DNA of 64,000 bases from an uncultured virus (IMG/VR IMGVR_UViG_3300007231_000006) (Duplodnaviria; Heunggongvirae; Uroviricota; Caudoviricetes), in IMG/VR virus record IMGVR_UViG_3300007231_000006. One strand, given 5' to 3'. A program made the translations under genes and the position numbers. The notes below the pieces were generated by a model. It did no database searches. It was not told the DNA's origin and saw only the letters and a program-made list of their open reading frames with translations. Below, piece by piece: positions 38,101 through 46,300 of the stretch. Every line of letters starts with the position of its first letter. The first letter of the stretch is position 1.

Positions 38101-38437
38101 ATAGCACGTCTGCATCTGGAGATGGCGCTCCTCCAAAACCAAGCATTACGCTTCGCTGTCCCTCTAACTCTCTACCTTGTGAGTCGCTCCAAAAACCTTC
38201 TTCGTTTTTAACGTAACCATCTCTACTGCCAAAAACCTCTTCGTTTTCGCGCCACCAGCTGTGATCGGCGTAAGCGTTAGCTATAGCAGGTGGTTCAGTC
38301 GGCTCCTCATCTCGCTTAGCTCTAGCAGCAAGAACAAATGCTCTAACCTCTGCGTCGACCTCGCTTTTATCTCGCCCAGCACGGTCGCCAGCGGCGATCA
38401 TCTCTGAGGCCCTGGCTTTTATTTGCTCTTCGTTCAT
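29147..38437 (-). CDS. Giant virion-ejected multidomain (polyvalent) protein: zincin peptidase, HAD phosphatase, C-terminal zinc fingers
   Basis: 3096 aa; AHEFMH; WDFDDTL..LTAR..K..FADD; two C-x9-C-x10-C-x2-H; follows internal virion genes. Confidence 0.7.
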   Translation of the reverse strand: MNEEQIKARASEMIAAGDRAGRDKSEVDAEVRAFVLAARAKRDEEPTEPPAIANAYADHSWWRENEEVFGSRDGYVKNEEGFWSDSQGRELEGQRSVMLGFGGAPSPDADVLSKLRDEDASEFIVAQKPVYKEYSTESDSTLDQALEDTSVTEEQEADNELIARKDYNNRSQTARTVAEFDSGFGSITRDEEEQKEKELRDAYAEEGRLAYVAKYKSEYDDVTGGWARAREKYVDERIKEDDIDSYSEVIARNDAYNNAPEFQQAKINTAKARFAEENGYTHAQQLELNNTVIDVNDRESWPEGFEDTYNNVRVDDPDLRKAVIGNASRAGDAESVQKNVAEFVENLPSDWGMSEYTEVSFDTGGIEAIAGLQAGNLFSKKDAQRAIEDTADGRLELLKENDAVLAKKLNVTAIALESNSKALDSAMKELNDLGDVEAKIKAIAEGSYTTQDQVDKAKSEIQALVSQYKEKSSEANKYANNHKALVTAYGTLGDEFETLQLEEDELSVFTDYIGDNHQLGTQMAWSLASAAVDLGQGLADAVYMINPLGALADSVISSLEDKGYDNLDTIKSAVDLARFTTGPVSWYSGDTRQSIKASVDGWQANVASNIQAPMAYGDIDSFSDLGEYAGVMIAGQIPNLALMYASGGLSLYMMGASSAGASYSAMEDKRNAFEESGGLYGQDYNFAQMLTVSTLKGTAEALSEKVTLGQLKKTGFNLSKSSLRTGGVQGYAKYLRQNVFDSQLMRNNLLDLTEEGGSEVLATLAGNGLDIMSGSKDVGLFDDLAESFVSGAMISSTIKSPVLFKHAIAPFQSNNGRQVLNENFARINQIEDLIASGGLSVDARVELETEVAELVQQNKKAIEIDVQRVDALEDNDKSALLEIERANNGLSRKYNALSSEDSGLTEEQREREVQKLEAKFAQNIAKKQGILQKYPSEENTKKYKQSVEVLRNRSKEVEKAGGKKVNVVEGSSKAFVEEVARINTPEIRKKLEGIVQDPNASAGDKAAAQQALDQGAEYSVSLNKAKREGVGENYGLMTPNFNENGELDSYTIFINKETSLKDGMITTGAHEFMHVALYNTVKRDPEVRAALGTKVDEILGIQDDGSYAGGKGVNITKKGSAILKARLKEYKKGEQGEETLAIVSELMANGDITIDDSAMGRLKDFFRRIFQLKINRDIKFDTSNDVRNFMKDFHRSLNKGKKDARISRLTAEGASGGLIQEAQEKRDAGVAKAVEEKQRAQFSRAVDSNMRANPDMKSEIDTFVQDEAGDRKFENNEEFKVAPEYYEAYLHLVEGRTLDGLIQQGMTDLGLPPDALRDFTVKVKSNIGERFLKNYDVAKNDSLFGWLTGVSGGAGRSIIYRAKGDVMNKYKEDNQLATVSIDASMDSGGGDSFAAQIEAEVDESTTSFEEQDLSVGSRNRPRVRRRKRQGVKAAESLSMSPKVISGIETVVNDAKVNLEGLTYKGVKKLTSTPGSSLSGVLDAVATEFGIEAKRIVKPADLNGAQRKAAQEYIKKNSKALLELLPEGETRSGQATGVAKSKLSELYEKGGRVKAAEGAGTQGKFSQTKRTDVTTEEFNALFGIKPDGTLDGNKKFDGAIKAMVNQTAVIVANQAIRENALENGTFAEATVALLGDGRSEVMFSKKVSDKNKDQFTEQFDSLAKQVAASNPADLKSVEIAVASVLTDELGFSNRERKAIAKNIWEQTKDYNRIVSAHKAGAKVVGVPKSLDEFLNDNFAQESLDPGIIGALRDVLPKNSKGKTIPIGAHFLEADRVQRNRAAVVGIGNKMVEEGSSLQEAAEIMIAYFSGMYSRAAKMADGRFVVDDNVVIDNPAWDQLVKDSINKDGKPPKNRKQIFSNQADFINTLRSIPGLESLKKSGKGYSLNGVKLETTLLGESSKAFLKGVETNPLREFESRKAQADKARKAVKTALDFYWERINSKEGGYDYADFAMIVTSMGSGMQAPIRRAAPAEYIAEGTEQLIADAAKKGKSIGKVTEYEHMVPQEEVAIKILHSYLNEGELNNNVWENYKVQVIPKSMDRVIVEAGYQRRSPADGGSRNYNMKTFRDPRLRAIRSIDPAKKGTPAEFVGKNFVEAAKALDSKTDVKASDIQALNEAYRGISFSKKPKGASVWDFDDTLARTKSDVLFTSPDGVKGKLSAEEFATQGSELLADGYEFDFSEFNKVTEGKPGPLLNKALERAKKFGTKDQFILTARAPQAQQAIYEFLKGVGLNIPMENIKGLGNSTGQAKASWIAENLIANGYNDLYFADDALQNVDAVKDMFNRFDVKGVVQLAKVQFSKKAPVVMDGIIDEGAADLNKEFNITLEQTKGVKAEKTFSPAKARQRGKDKGKYKFFIPPSADDFAGLMYSFLGKGKQGEKHHAWFKEHLFDPYSKGIRHLNAVQTVVASDMRALKKAMPGVKNLLKKTIPGTEYTNEHAVRVYNWVKAGLTVPGLSQADTDTLVKKVENNADLKQFAETVSSIAQMPGGLQQAGNDWLAGNITTDLKDALDIARGTYLDQWKNNVKVIFNDANMNKIEAVYGSNFREALEDSLFRMETGSNRSKGQGRLLNNFMNWINGSIGATMFFNSRSAVLQTLSTVNFINWSDNNPLKAAAAFGNQKQYWADMSMIFNSDFLKQRRSGLTQDVNTAELMEAVRGAKNPARAAMGYLLQVGFTPTQIADSFAIASGGATMYRNRIKSLMAEGMNKADAEAKAFLDFMEIAEETQQSARPDRISQQQASPLGKLILAFQNTPMQYNRLIKKAAQDLVNGRGDAKTHISKILYYGAIQNAIFYSLQNAMFAMLFDDDEEDDEDKNAKKKERVVNGMVDGILRGAGIGGAVVSTLKNVIIRFAQEQEKDNDGVFFTQPDHAYTLLEALNLSPPIGIKARKLYSAAQTWEFNNEVIDHMSKTDIDNPAYDAIFTATEALTNLPLSRAYNKFSNIKEALNSENEMWKRIALALGWSSWSLGIQNQSLTDAKGEVRDLRDAATEKRREERKVEREKEREEEDQKVEDENLEIQEEERAQGEENILCAAVNRAGKRCGTKVVEGKNFCTIHEEAEQRTDGVKEQCSHIKSDGKRCKMQTSNKSGLCYYHD

Positions 38438-38442
38438 GTATT

Positions 38443-39576
38443 TTACGGTTGAATCAATCCCTCGAGCCTATTGGCTTCGGCAATGTTTGTCTGACCACCC
38501 ATCCCCCTCATTTTATCCACTTGGGTCGTCGCGCGTTGTCTTGCGCCGTCGTCAAAGTTAGTTTTTTGTTTACCCATCATCCAACGAGCCATTATATCTT
38601 GAAGAACATCAAAGTCTTCGTTTGTTATAGCGCCTTGTTTAGCTTCTTGAATCTTACTGGCTATCCATTCCCTTGCTTCTTTAAAGTCAACTCCGTCTCC
38701 GTTTTGGTCCATCAAAGGGTCACCGTTATCTAGCTCCACTCCTCCTAGGGTAAATTCTTTTAAATCGTCAATAAACTTAGTACCAGTCCATTCGTCCATC
38801 GCAACGGAGTAAGCGTTTTTCTTGTCTATCATGTTTTTGTTGTTTGTCATGATAACATTCTGCGTTGACTCGTCCCATACGGTTCCATTTAAGCCTTGCT
38901 CCTTGATGTTTACGGTTGAGTTTAAAAAAGCAGCTTGGCGCTCTTTGGGTTTGATACCTTGCGCCACTAATTGGTCAATCTCTTCTCGATAAACCTGTAT
39001 TGGCTCACCACCTGCTTTTTGCGATGGGATTTCAATATACATTTTGCCTTGGGGGTCAAATTTCATTTCACCGTTAGCCATAGATGTCAGCTGGCCAAGC
39101 TTGTACGAGGCGTCTGGATCATCTGTTATAAGCGCTCCCCAACCGGTTTCACTATGTATTTCTCCAGCAGTCTTCATTAGGGACGACCACTTGTTCATCT
39201 CTACGCTTTTTCTATTTTGATCTTGAAGTATCCTCTGTGCTTCAACAGGGTCCTCACTGTCTAAAGCTGCAAGGTGAGCTTCTTTGTCCGTCTGCATGTA
39301 CACTCGCATCTGCTCATACAGCTCAGGTGTGTCGCCCCAGCTTCCTCTTTCAGCTTGCTCGTTAAAGCCTTGTTCCATGGAAAGGCCAGCTAAGCCCGCT
39401 TCCTGCTCTTTGATCTTATCCTCTTCCTTTTCCTTCTCGCCTTCTTCTACTATAGTTTCCAGGCTGTCTTCAAGCCCACTGGTGTCACCAATGCCACTAG
39501 CAGCGTAACCACTAGACTTGGCACGCCCGACCCTGTTAAGGGTGTCGGCTGATAATTTGTAATCTAAAGTTGCCAT
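38443..39576 (-). CDS. Putative internal virion (ejection) protein
   Basis: Position between pilot-like protein and giant protein. Confidence 0.5.
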   Translation of the reverse strand: MATLDYKLSADTLNRVGRAKSSGYAASGIGDTSGLEDSLETIVEEGEKEKEEDKIKEQEAGLAGLSMEQGFNEQAERGSWGDTPELYEQMRVYMQTDKEAHLAALDSEDPVEAQRILQDQNRKSVEMNKWSSLMKTAGEIHSETGWGALITDDPDASYKLGQLTSMANGEMKFDPQGKMYIEIPSQKAGGEPIQVYREEIDQLVAQGIKPKERQAAFLNSTVNIKEQGLNGTVWDESTQNVIMTNNKNMIDKKNAYSVAMDEWTGTKFIDDLKEFTLGGVELDNGDPLMDQNGDGVDFKEAREWIASKIQEAKQGAITNEDFDVLQDIMARWMMGKQKTNFDDGARQRATTQVDKMRGMGGQTNIAEANRLEGLIQP

Positions 39577-39667
39577 TGTTGTGTCTGCTATTTTGCTTTA
39601 ATTTCCTCCAGATGACATAAGACCTCTGATGTTCCTGTTTCTGCCGTGATATTATTGTTCTCTAATC

Positions 39668-40420
39668 CTAGATGTTATCTTGAATCCATTGGTCGTATTG
39701 TTCTGTACCAGGTTGCCACGGGTTTACGCCCGTGGTGTTCGTAGCACCCCCAACCGCCACGCTACCAGCACCCGCTGTCTCTGCTGTTTTAACTGTACCG
39801 GGGACTTCTGGCGTGCCTCCACCACCCATACCTGAAACTGAACCAGCGATATCGCCAAGCCCATCCCACGCCTGAGCTTTACCAGCTGCTCTAGCTGCGT
39901 TTGCCGCGGCTACCTCATCTGCTGACATACCCATCAAGCTTTCTATCTTACCTTGCTCAGCGCTTCTAGACATGATCTCGCCCTTTCTCTCAAGATCTTG
40001 TATTCTAGAGGCTTCAACCGCCTGTTGCTTCTGGTTGTCTTGTTCTTGCTTACCAATACTAACTGAAGCTTTCTGAGCGTCTGTAGCGCCTTGGTTTGCC
40101 ATCGTCTGAGCAAGAGCCGCAATACCAGATCCACCGGCTACACCTCTATACTGCTCCATTATATTAGCTTGAGACTGCATAGATTGCTGTTTTGCAAACT
40201 CTGCCTCTTGAGTGTTAACTGTAAGATCTTCCTTGGTGTTCTCCATGTTTAGGTATGGATTACTTGTATCAAGCGCTTCAAATGCTTTCTTCTGCTTATC
40301 AAGCTCTACCTGAGCTTTAGCCGCCGCCTTCTTGGCCCTATTGGCTTGTATACCTCCGTCAACAGCTTTTGCTGCGCCTACCACGGCTGTCGTTACTGCT
40401 GCTGCTATTAAAAATGACAT
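39668..40420 (-). CDS. Putative DNA pilot/internal virion protein
   Basis: Ala/Gly/Gln-rich, hydrophobic N-terminus, GGSGIAALAQ. Confidence 0.6.
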   Translation of the reverse strand: MSFLIAAAVTTAVVGAAKAVDGGIQANRAKKAAAKAQVELDKQKKAFEALDTSNPYLNMENTKEDLTVNTQEAEFAKQQSMQSQANIMEQYRGVAGGSGIAALAQTMANQGATDAQKASVSIGKQEQDNQKQQAVEASRIQDLERKGEIMSRSAEQGKIESLMGMSADEVAAANAARAAGKAQAWDGLGDIAGSVSGMGGGGTPEVPGTVKTAETAGAGSVAVGGATNTTGVNPWQPGTEQYDQWIQDNI

Positions 40421-40423
40421 GTT

Positions 40424-40924
40424 TTATTTGTTTTCTTTATATTCCTCATACTCCTCGTAAGTTATAGCTACGATATCTTTTTCAAGATCACACAGGTCTT
40501 CTGTGTTAGACGGGTTCTTATGTGTGTTGTACCATATAGAGTCCTCGTTAGCAAACAAAACTCTCTTAACGCCAGGTGTTGACACTATAAAACAAGGAGC
40601 TATGTGATCAATAGTTTCTTCTTCGTTGGCAACTGTTATGTGTCCCTTAAGCAAGAAACACATGTGAAGATGCTTATGTATAGCTCCCACCACTAGTGTT
40701 CCTTTGAACATCGTCATTTCTCTTACGTAAACACCGTCCATGAAAAAATGCCTTATAGGCACTTTGGTGCTATCGCTAACTATAGGCCTGTCTTTTGTAC
40801 CGGCCACAACACAGTCGTTGTTATCGGCTTCACTAATCATCGCTTGTTCAAGAGCGGTGACAGCAGATCTAAACTCATTAGTTAAGCTGGACGTCTGCTT
40901 TTTAGCTAAACTGTTGTCCACCAT
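40424..40924 (-). CDS. Cupin-fold protein
   Basis: HFFMDGVYVREM..GAIHKHLH..PGVKR. Confidence 0.65.
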   Translation of the reverse strand: MVDNSLAKKQTSSLTNEFRSAVTALEQAMISEADNNDCVVAGTKDRPIVSDSTKVPIRHFFMDGVYVREMTMFKGTLVVGAIHKHLHMCFLLKGHITVANEEETIDHIAPCFIVSTPGVKRVLFANEDSIWYNTHKNPSNTEDLCDLEKDIVAITYEEYEEYKENK

Positions 40925-40944
40925 TATATTTAATTGAATTACCT

Positions 40945-40960
40945 GCTATAATAGTCACAC
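40945..40960 (-). promoter_or_regulatory. Putative late promoter GTGTGACTATTAT
   Basis: Intergenic, matches elements at 10005 and 63640. Confidence 0.35.
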
Positions 40961-40970
40961 TTTTTACAGT

Positions 40971-41387
40971 TTATTTACTGCTCTCAAAGTAGTCTACGCC
41001 TACGGAGAATAGCTCTGCCTCATCTTCCGAGTTGTTTACCATCTTTACATCGGCATAGTAACCCAGCACAGAGCTTAAGTTTGCTTTGTTGTCTTTGCTA
41101 AATAAAATAAACGGTGTTGCTCCGTCGGCTAGCCCTCCAGAGTTAGGAAGATCCGTCATGCATTTAACTTTCGCAACAGGCGGTGAAGCGGTCCCATCAA
41201 AAGGCGTGATCTCTCTTATCTGGCCTATCTCTATTATGCTACCAGAGTTTTTCTTAAACGGAACCAAAGCACCAGCGGCGTTGATTGACCCACCGTCATC
41301 TTCAGTTTCGACGTAATAAGCCGTGTCGCCTACTTGACAAGAGGCATTTAGAGGTGCTGCAAAGATTAGTGTTACTGGTTGTGGCAT
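40971..41387 (-). CDS. Tail-module structural protein
   Basis: C-terminal LGYYADVKMVN..ELFSVG..ESSK. Confidence 0.55.
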   Translation of the reverse strand: MPQPVTLIFAAPLNASCQVGDTAYYVETEDDGGSINAAGALVPFKKNSGSIIEIGQIREITPFDGTASPPVAKVKCMTDLPNSGGLADGATPFILFSKDNKANLSSVLGYYADVKMVNNSEDEAELFSVGVDYFESSK

Positions 41388-43387
41388 TATGATACTGTTA
41401 TTATGTTGTCTAAAAATAAATTAAGATCACCTGATTTAAATATTTCTCCAACCTTTATATATCCTGATATTGTGGCTCTAGTATTAGGTGAACCTAAAAT
41501 AGTTGCTTGCGCAAAAAGAAGCGAAGAAGTCGTTGTAAGAGAGTTAGAGAACAACAATAACTCGTTATTCCCCAACGCTGGTTGAGCTACATTTAAGGTA
41601 AATCTACTTCCATTTGCAAAATCAATACTGGTTATTACCGGATCATTTCCGTCGGTATCTTTCACTATGTTAGTGCTAGAGACAGACATCCCAATCGCTA
41701 ATCCAGCAACAGAATCAACCGTAATAATAGTGTTAAAATCTTGACCGTTAGTAAGCACCGAAGCGCTGCCTAAACCTCCTATAGGAGTGCTTATTAAATA
41801 CGGTTGTTTTACAATTGAAATATCATCGCCATCAGCGTTTTCACCAACAGCAAAGCTAAATTCAAAAATATCACTAGAATCTCTTACAAATTTAACCTGG
41901 GTGTTTGCCGCGACTGTCGCTGTTTGACTTAGCTTAATTACGTTGTTTTTTACAACCTGAACTACAGTTGTACCGTGTGGTATTCCAGCTCCCATAGCTA
42001 TCATGCCGCTATGTATTCTAGACTCGGCTCTAGTTAATGTCAAGTTTACGATCGCACTTCCACCTGTGGTTGCTACAGCTCTAACCTCTACGTGCTCTGG
42101 TCTGTAGCTAGCTGAAGACGTGTAAGAAGTGGCTCTAGTTATTTCTACACCGCTAGGTAAACTACCAAACCTACTAGCCTGAAGACTAATTGGTTGCAAC
42201 GTGAGGGTACTGTTACCGTACTGCACTACGTCGTTTGACTTTGCTTGTGTTGCAGGTAGTATAACACTTCCATTACGTGACTCTATTACAATTTTATACT
42301 CTACATTTGACCCTGATATATCTGGCAAGTCGTAAGAAACGTAGCTAAAACCAAAACCGTTAGTAGTGCCTAAATACACAGACGATTGGTTAGTCGTTGT
42401 TTGAAACAGTTTACTCGCAAAGTTGTATTGTTTAGTAAGGTCTTTATAAACAACTTTAAGTGTGAAGTCAGTGTTGGGCGATCCAGCAACGCGAACCACA
42501 GCGCTTTGACCGTTTTTACCAAAAAACTTAGTATAGCTTAATTTTTTTATGGTGTTAGATACAGGAACGCTAACAGCGGCTAAAGAATAGTTAACACCAA
42601 AAGTGTGACCTAACTGTTCGACGTCTTCACTGCTTCCGCTGAAACTTGTGCTTGGCGTGTAGTATACTTTTACAACAAAAGAGGTTATGCGCCCACTTGT
42701 TCTTGTGCTGACTACTTCTGAACTATAAGAGTTCGCGTACGATTTTAAATTACTAAAAGAAATAGTTGGCTCAAATCTGTAAAAATATCCCGATGCAGCT
42801 GTAAAAGTAACGTACGAAACAAGGGTGGAAGTGCCTTGCGGCACCGAACCAGAAAAAGAGTATCTCTGAGTACCACTAGTTGTACCATCATCTACCTCTG
42901 TTTCTGAAGAAGAAGCATTAGCGCTTCTTTGTAATGCTTCGCTCCTGACAGTACCGTCATCTAGATCCAAGGGGGTAACGGTGTGACCTGCCGCTGTATA
43001 TTCCCATTCACCAAAAATAAAGACAGGCCTTACCGTGTCTGGCCTTAAATCGGTTACCTCGTCAATATCTATGTATTTTATAGCAGCGTCAACGTCAGCC
43101 GTGAATTGTGACGTGTAAACTTCAGCATTGACGATGTTGGCCGGATCTCCAGCCGTACCGTCGTCAGAAAAAATAACTTTAGCTATACCAGAATCCACAT
43201 TCCCGCCTGTCCAAGTCGTACCGCTTTGACTTGCATCACCTATCTTAAAGTCGGTCGCAGATAAGTTGTAACCTGAATAAACACCGTTGATTATGTTTGA
43301 TATTTTTAAATTAAACTTTTCGTTTGCCGCTACTGTTGCTTCGTCTACGAACGCTTTGCTATCTGACGCTACTGTCCAATTTGCCAT
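41387..43387 (-). CDS. Putative tail structural protein
   Basis: 666 aa beta-rich Ser/Thr-rich protein in tail module. Confidence 0.55.
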   Translation of the reverse strand: MANWTVASDSKAFVDEATVAANEKFNLKISNIINGVYSGYNLSATDFKIGDASQSGTTWTGGNVDSGIAKVIFSDDGTAGDPANIVNAEVYTSQFTADVDAAIKYIDIDEVTDLRPDTVRPVFIFGEWEYTAAGHTVTPLDLDDGTVRSEALQRSANASSSETEVDDGTTSGTQRYSFSGSVPQGTSTLVSYVTFTAASGYFYRFEPTISFSNLKSYANSYSSEVVSTRTSGRITSFVVKVYYTPSTSFSGSSEDVEQLGHTFGVNYSLAAVSVPVSNTIKKLSYTKFFGKNGQSAVVRVAGSPNTDFTLKVVYKDLTKQYNFASKLFQTTTNQSSVYLGTTNGFGFSYVSYDLPDISGSNVEYKIVIESRNGSVILPATQAKSNDVVQYGNSTLTLQPISLQASRFGSLPSGVEITRATSYTSSASYRPEHVEVRAVATTGGSAIVNLTLTRAESRIHSGMIAMGAGIPHGTTVVQVVKNNVIKLSQTATVAANTQVKFVRDSSDIFEFSFAVGENADGDDISIVKQPYLISTPIGGLGSASVLTNGQDFNTIITVDSVAGLAIGMSVSSTNIVKDTDGNDPVITSIDFANGSRFTLNVAQPALGNNELLLFSNSLTTTSSLLFAQATILGSPNTRATISGYIKVGEIFKSGDLNLFLDNIITVS

Positions 43388-43396
43388 GTTATATGT

Positions 43397-46300
43397 TTAA
43401 TCTGCCGTTGAGTCCCACGCACCACCCCCGCCGTCGGAGCCTTCGTACGTTGTAGACGTATTATTAGAAACCGTCAAGTTGAAAGTTTCTTTTTGAGTGT
43501 CATCACGGTCGACCGTTGCTGTTCCAAGTCCCTGCACGGAAAACTCTTTACCGTCTATATTTGACAAGGAAGTAGCTTCTCCGCTAGGGATACCAAACCA
43601 CTTACCTTCCTTGTCTTTAAACTCTAACTCGCCGCACGTCTGCAGGTTTGTAACTATAGACTCCACGTACCACCCTGGTACATCATCCTCTATGTTAAAG
43701 TACTCTCCATCCGCTATGTTTGCCGCGGTTGCTAACCCGTCACCCGTGTCGATATCACCGGTAAGTCTTTGTGTTGACACAAGATCAAAATTAGTAATTC
43801 TAGCTTGAGTGCCCTCGTAGTTGATAGAGCCTATGCTCTTAGCAGCTTCTACAGCGTCATTAAACACTAGCGTAACGTTTGACGTGTATTGGTTGCCGTA
43901 AAATTTATTTCTAGTTTCGTTAGTGTGATGCTTCCAGATACGACCGCTGGAAAAAGTAAAGTAATCGTTGTTTAAACTAACGCCGTTTTGAGGGTTGAAA
44001 GACTTGAAGCTTGCCCATCCTTTAGCTATTTCGCTATACGATATAGTGGTTTGCTCGTGTGGCTGGATTTGATAGCTAGCGTATTTTTTAGATATAGTAA
44101 CGTTGTACTCATTTTTTCTCTCATCGTATGTGCCTAAAGATCTCCACACGTAAGACTTAGAAAGATCAGCGAAGTAGTCCTTCATACCAGCGTTTGATAT
44201 AGATCTTACACCTTCGTTAGACAGAGCTAAAACCTGCCCTCTTATTATGTCAGTGAAATACAAGTTACCAGGCGTAACAGCTAAAGATTCAGGGTTTTTA
44301 GATATACCCCAGTCACCCTGATAAGCGGTGACATCGCCTACAACAGCATTGCTAGCTACTAGTTGAGGTTTACCGTCGGCACTGTATAGCGCGTCTTTAT
44401 TTGTTACTGCTTGTAAAACCTTGTCTTCGCAGAATATAGCGAGGGTAGTACCTCTATTGAACAGCCTTTGTATACTGCCGTGGCTAGGGTTTACGTCTTT
44501 GGTTATATTCTCTCCGGCTATAAATTGATTTGTATTATTAACACCTGCGCTAGAGTTGTATATACCAGACCAGATCATGCCGTTTTTACGGCGCTCTTCT
44601 CTTGACTGCGTGCCTAGCACCGTTGACGCTTTTACGCCGTTATCAAGCTTAGCGCCGTTAAAGGAGTCTCTTACGGTATCAGATTCCAAGCCGTTTCCAA
44701 AGCTGTAGCAGTTGCTCCAGTCTAAGCGGTGCTTTTGAGAGTAGAGCTTCCTGCTAGCAAGTGTTGTTTCTGGTCCTCCCCAAAGCGTCATAGAACTTGC
44801 ACCAGCACCAACTGCTGATTTAACCACAGCTGTCAATGAATATGAGTTTCTTTTATCAAAGACAACTGTAGAGTTCGCTGTAATTGGATTTGAATCTTCT
44901 TCTTGTGGGCTTATCGCTGGGGTAAAAGTAAAGGTCTGCGGCCCAGTCCAGTTAGTTATAGTGTGAATTGTTGGTGAAGAAGGATCGCCTTCATGGCTCT
45001 TGAACTTTGTTCCTATAGGTAGGTACTCCTCATTTGTTTTTTCATTAAGCTCGACAGGAATGAGCCCAGTAGCTTGATAGTATATATCTAAGTCCACAGA
45101 CTCTTTAGGTTCTGTTTCCCAAATTGCCGGGTTTTCAGAAAAACTATCATCATTGCCAATACCTTCTACCGGACCCAGTATCTCTATAACGTCTGAGTCA
45201 GAGCCGTCGTGCCTAAGAGCGTCAACGCTGTCATTACCCCTCGTTGGCTTGTAAGTGCCACCATCGCCTATGGGAGGATCGACTTGAATAGTCCATCGTT
45301 GCCTTAAATTGTCGCCTCTATACTGTTTTTTATCACGATGGGGAGAGCCGGTTCTATAGTTTCTAATACCCCACGCGCCGTCACTAGCGGGATTGCCACC
45401 GATATCAGGATTATAATAGTATGGGTTATTGTATCCTTGGTACCAATTATAAGCCTGTACGGTATAAACAATGCCGTCTGGATCTCTTTGGAACCTAAAC
45501 TTTGTGCCAGGAGCTACAAGTTTTTTTATAAAACTATTGGCTTCAGCATATATCCCGCCACCATCTGTGGATGGAATTTGGGAGAGTTTAGCTGGGAAAG
45601 GTTTACCGGAATTAAAGTTGTTGCCATCGTACCCTTTTGACATACCTGTCCACGATATATCCATGTACCTTTGCCCATCATCCCAGCCCCATATACCTCT
45701 ACTTGGGTGCGCTAACCGCTGCGATGGAATGGGGTTCATGTTACCAGTGATACCATCAACTGCACCATCCTCCTGGTCTTCTGCAACGCCGCCGGTATCA
45801 TAGAAGTCTGTGTATGTGTAGACATTACCTCCGCTTGCCATGACAGTAGCGTTTTGCGAAAGGATATTTCCAGGTCTCATATCGCCGTTGGCGTTACCTC
45901 TTCCACTCCAGGAGTAGGCAGTACAAGCATCAATGAAAAAATGGTGGTGATCTGCCATGTTCTCCCAAAACTTCACGCTTGGGTCAGTACCGTTTGTTAA
46001 AATATCCGGATGTTGATTGTAATAATCTGCGGTTATATTACCATTGGATGACTGGTTTTGTCCATTTACAGCAGAGTTACCACCCCAGTATCTTTGAGCA
46101 GTGTTTAAGTCTTGCGCTGTAGGGTGTTTAGATCTGTTTTGACTGGTGTTGTCAATATCCGGGCTCATCATAGCCTGCGTATGGCTGTTTCCAACACTCC
46201 AACCTGAAGGGTGATCAAACCAAGCGTTGCTGTTTATATACCTTAAAGGCCAAGATGTCTCCACAGTGTAGTCAGAGCTTTCGTATTGAATAATTTGCTG

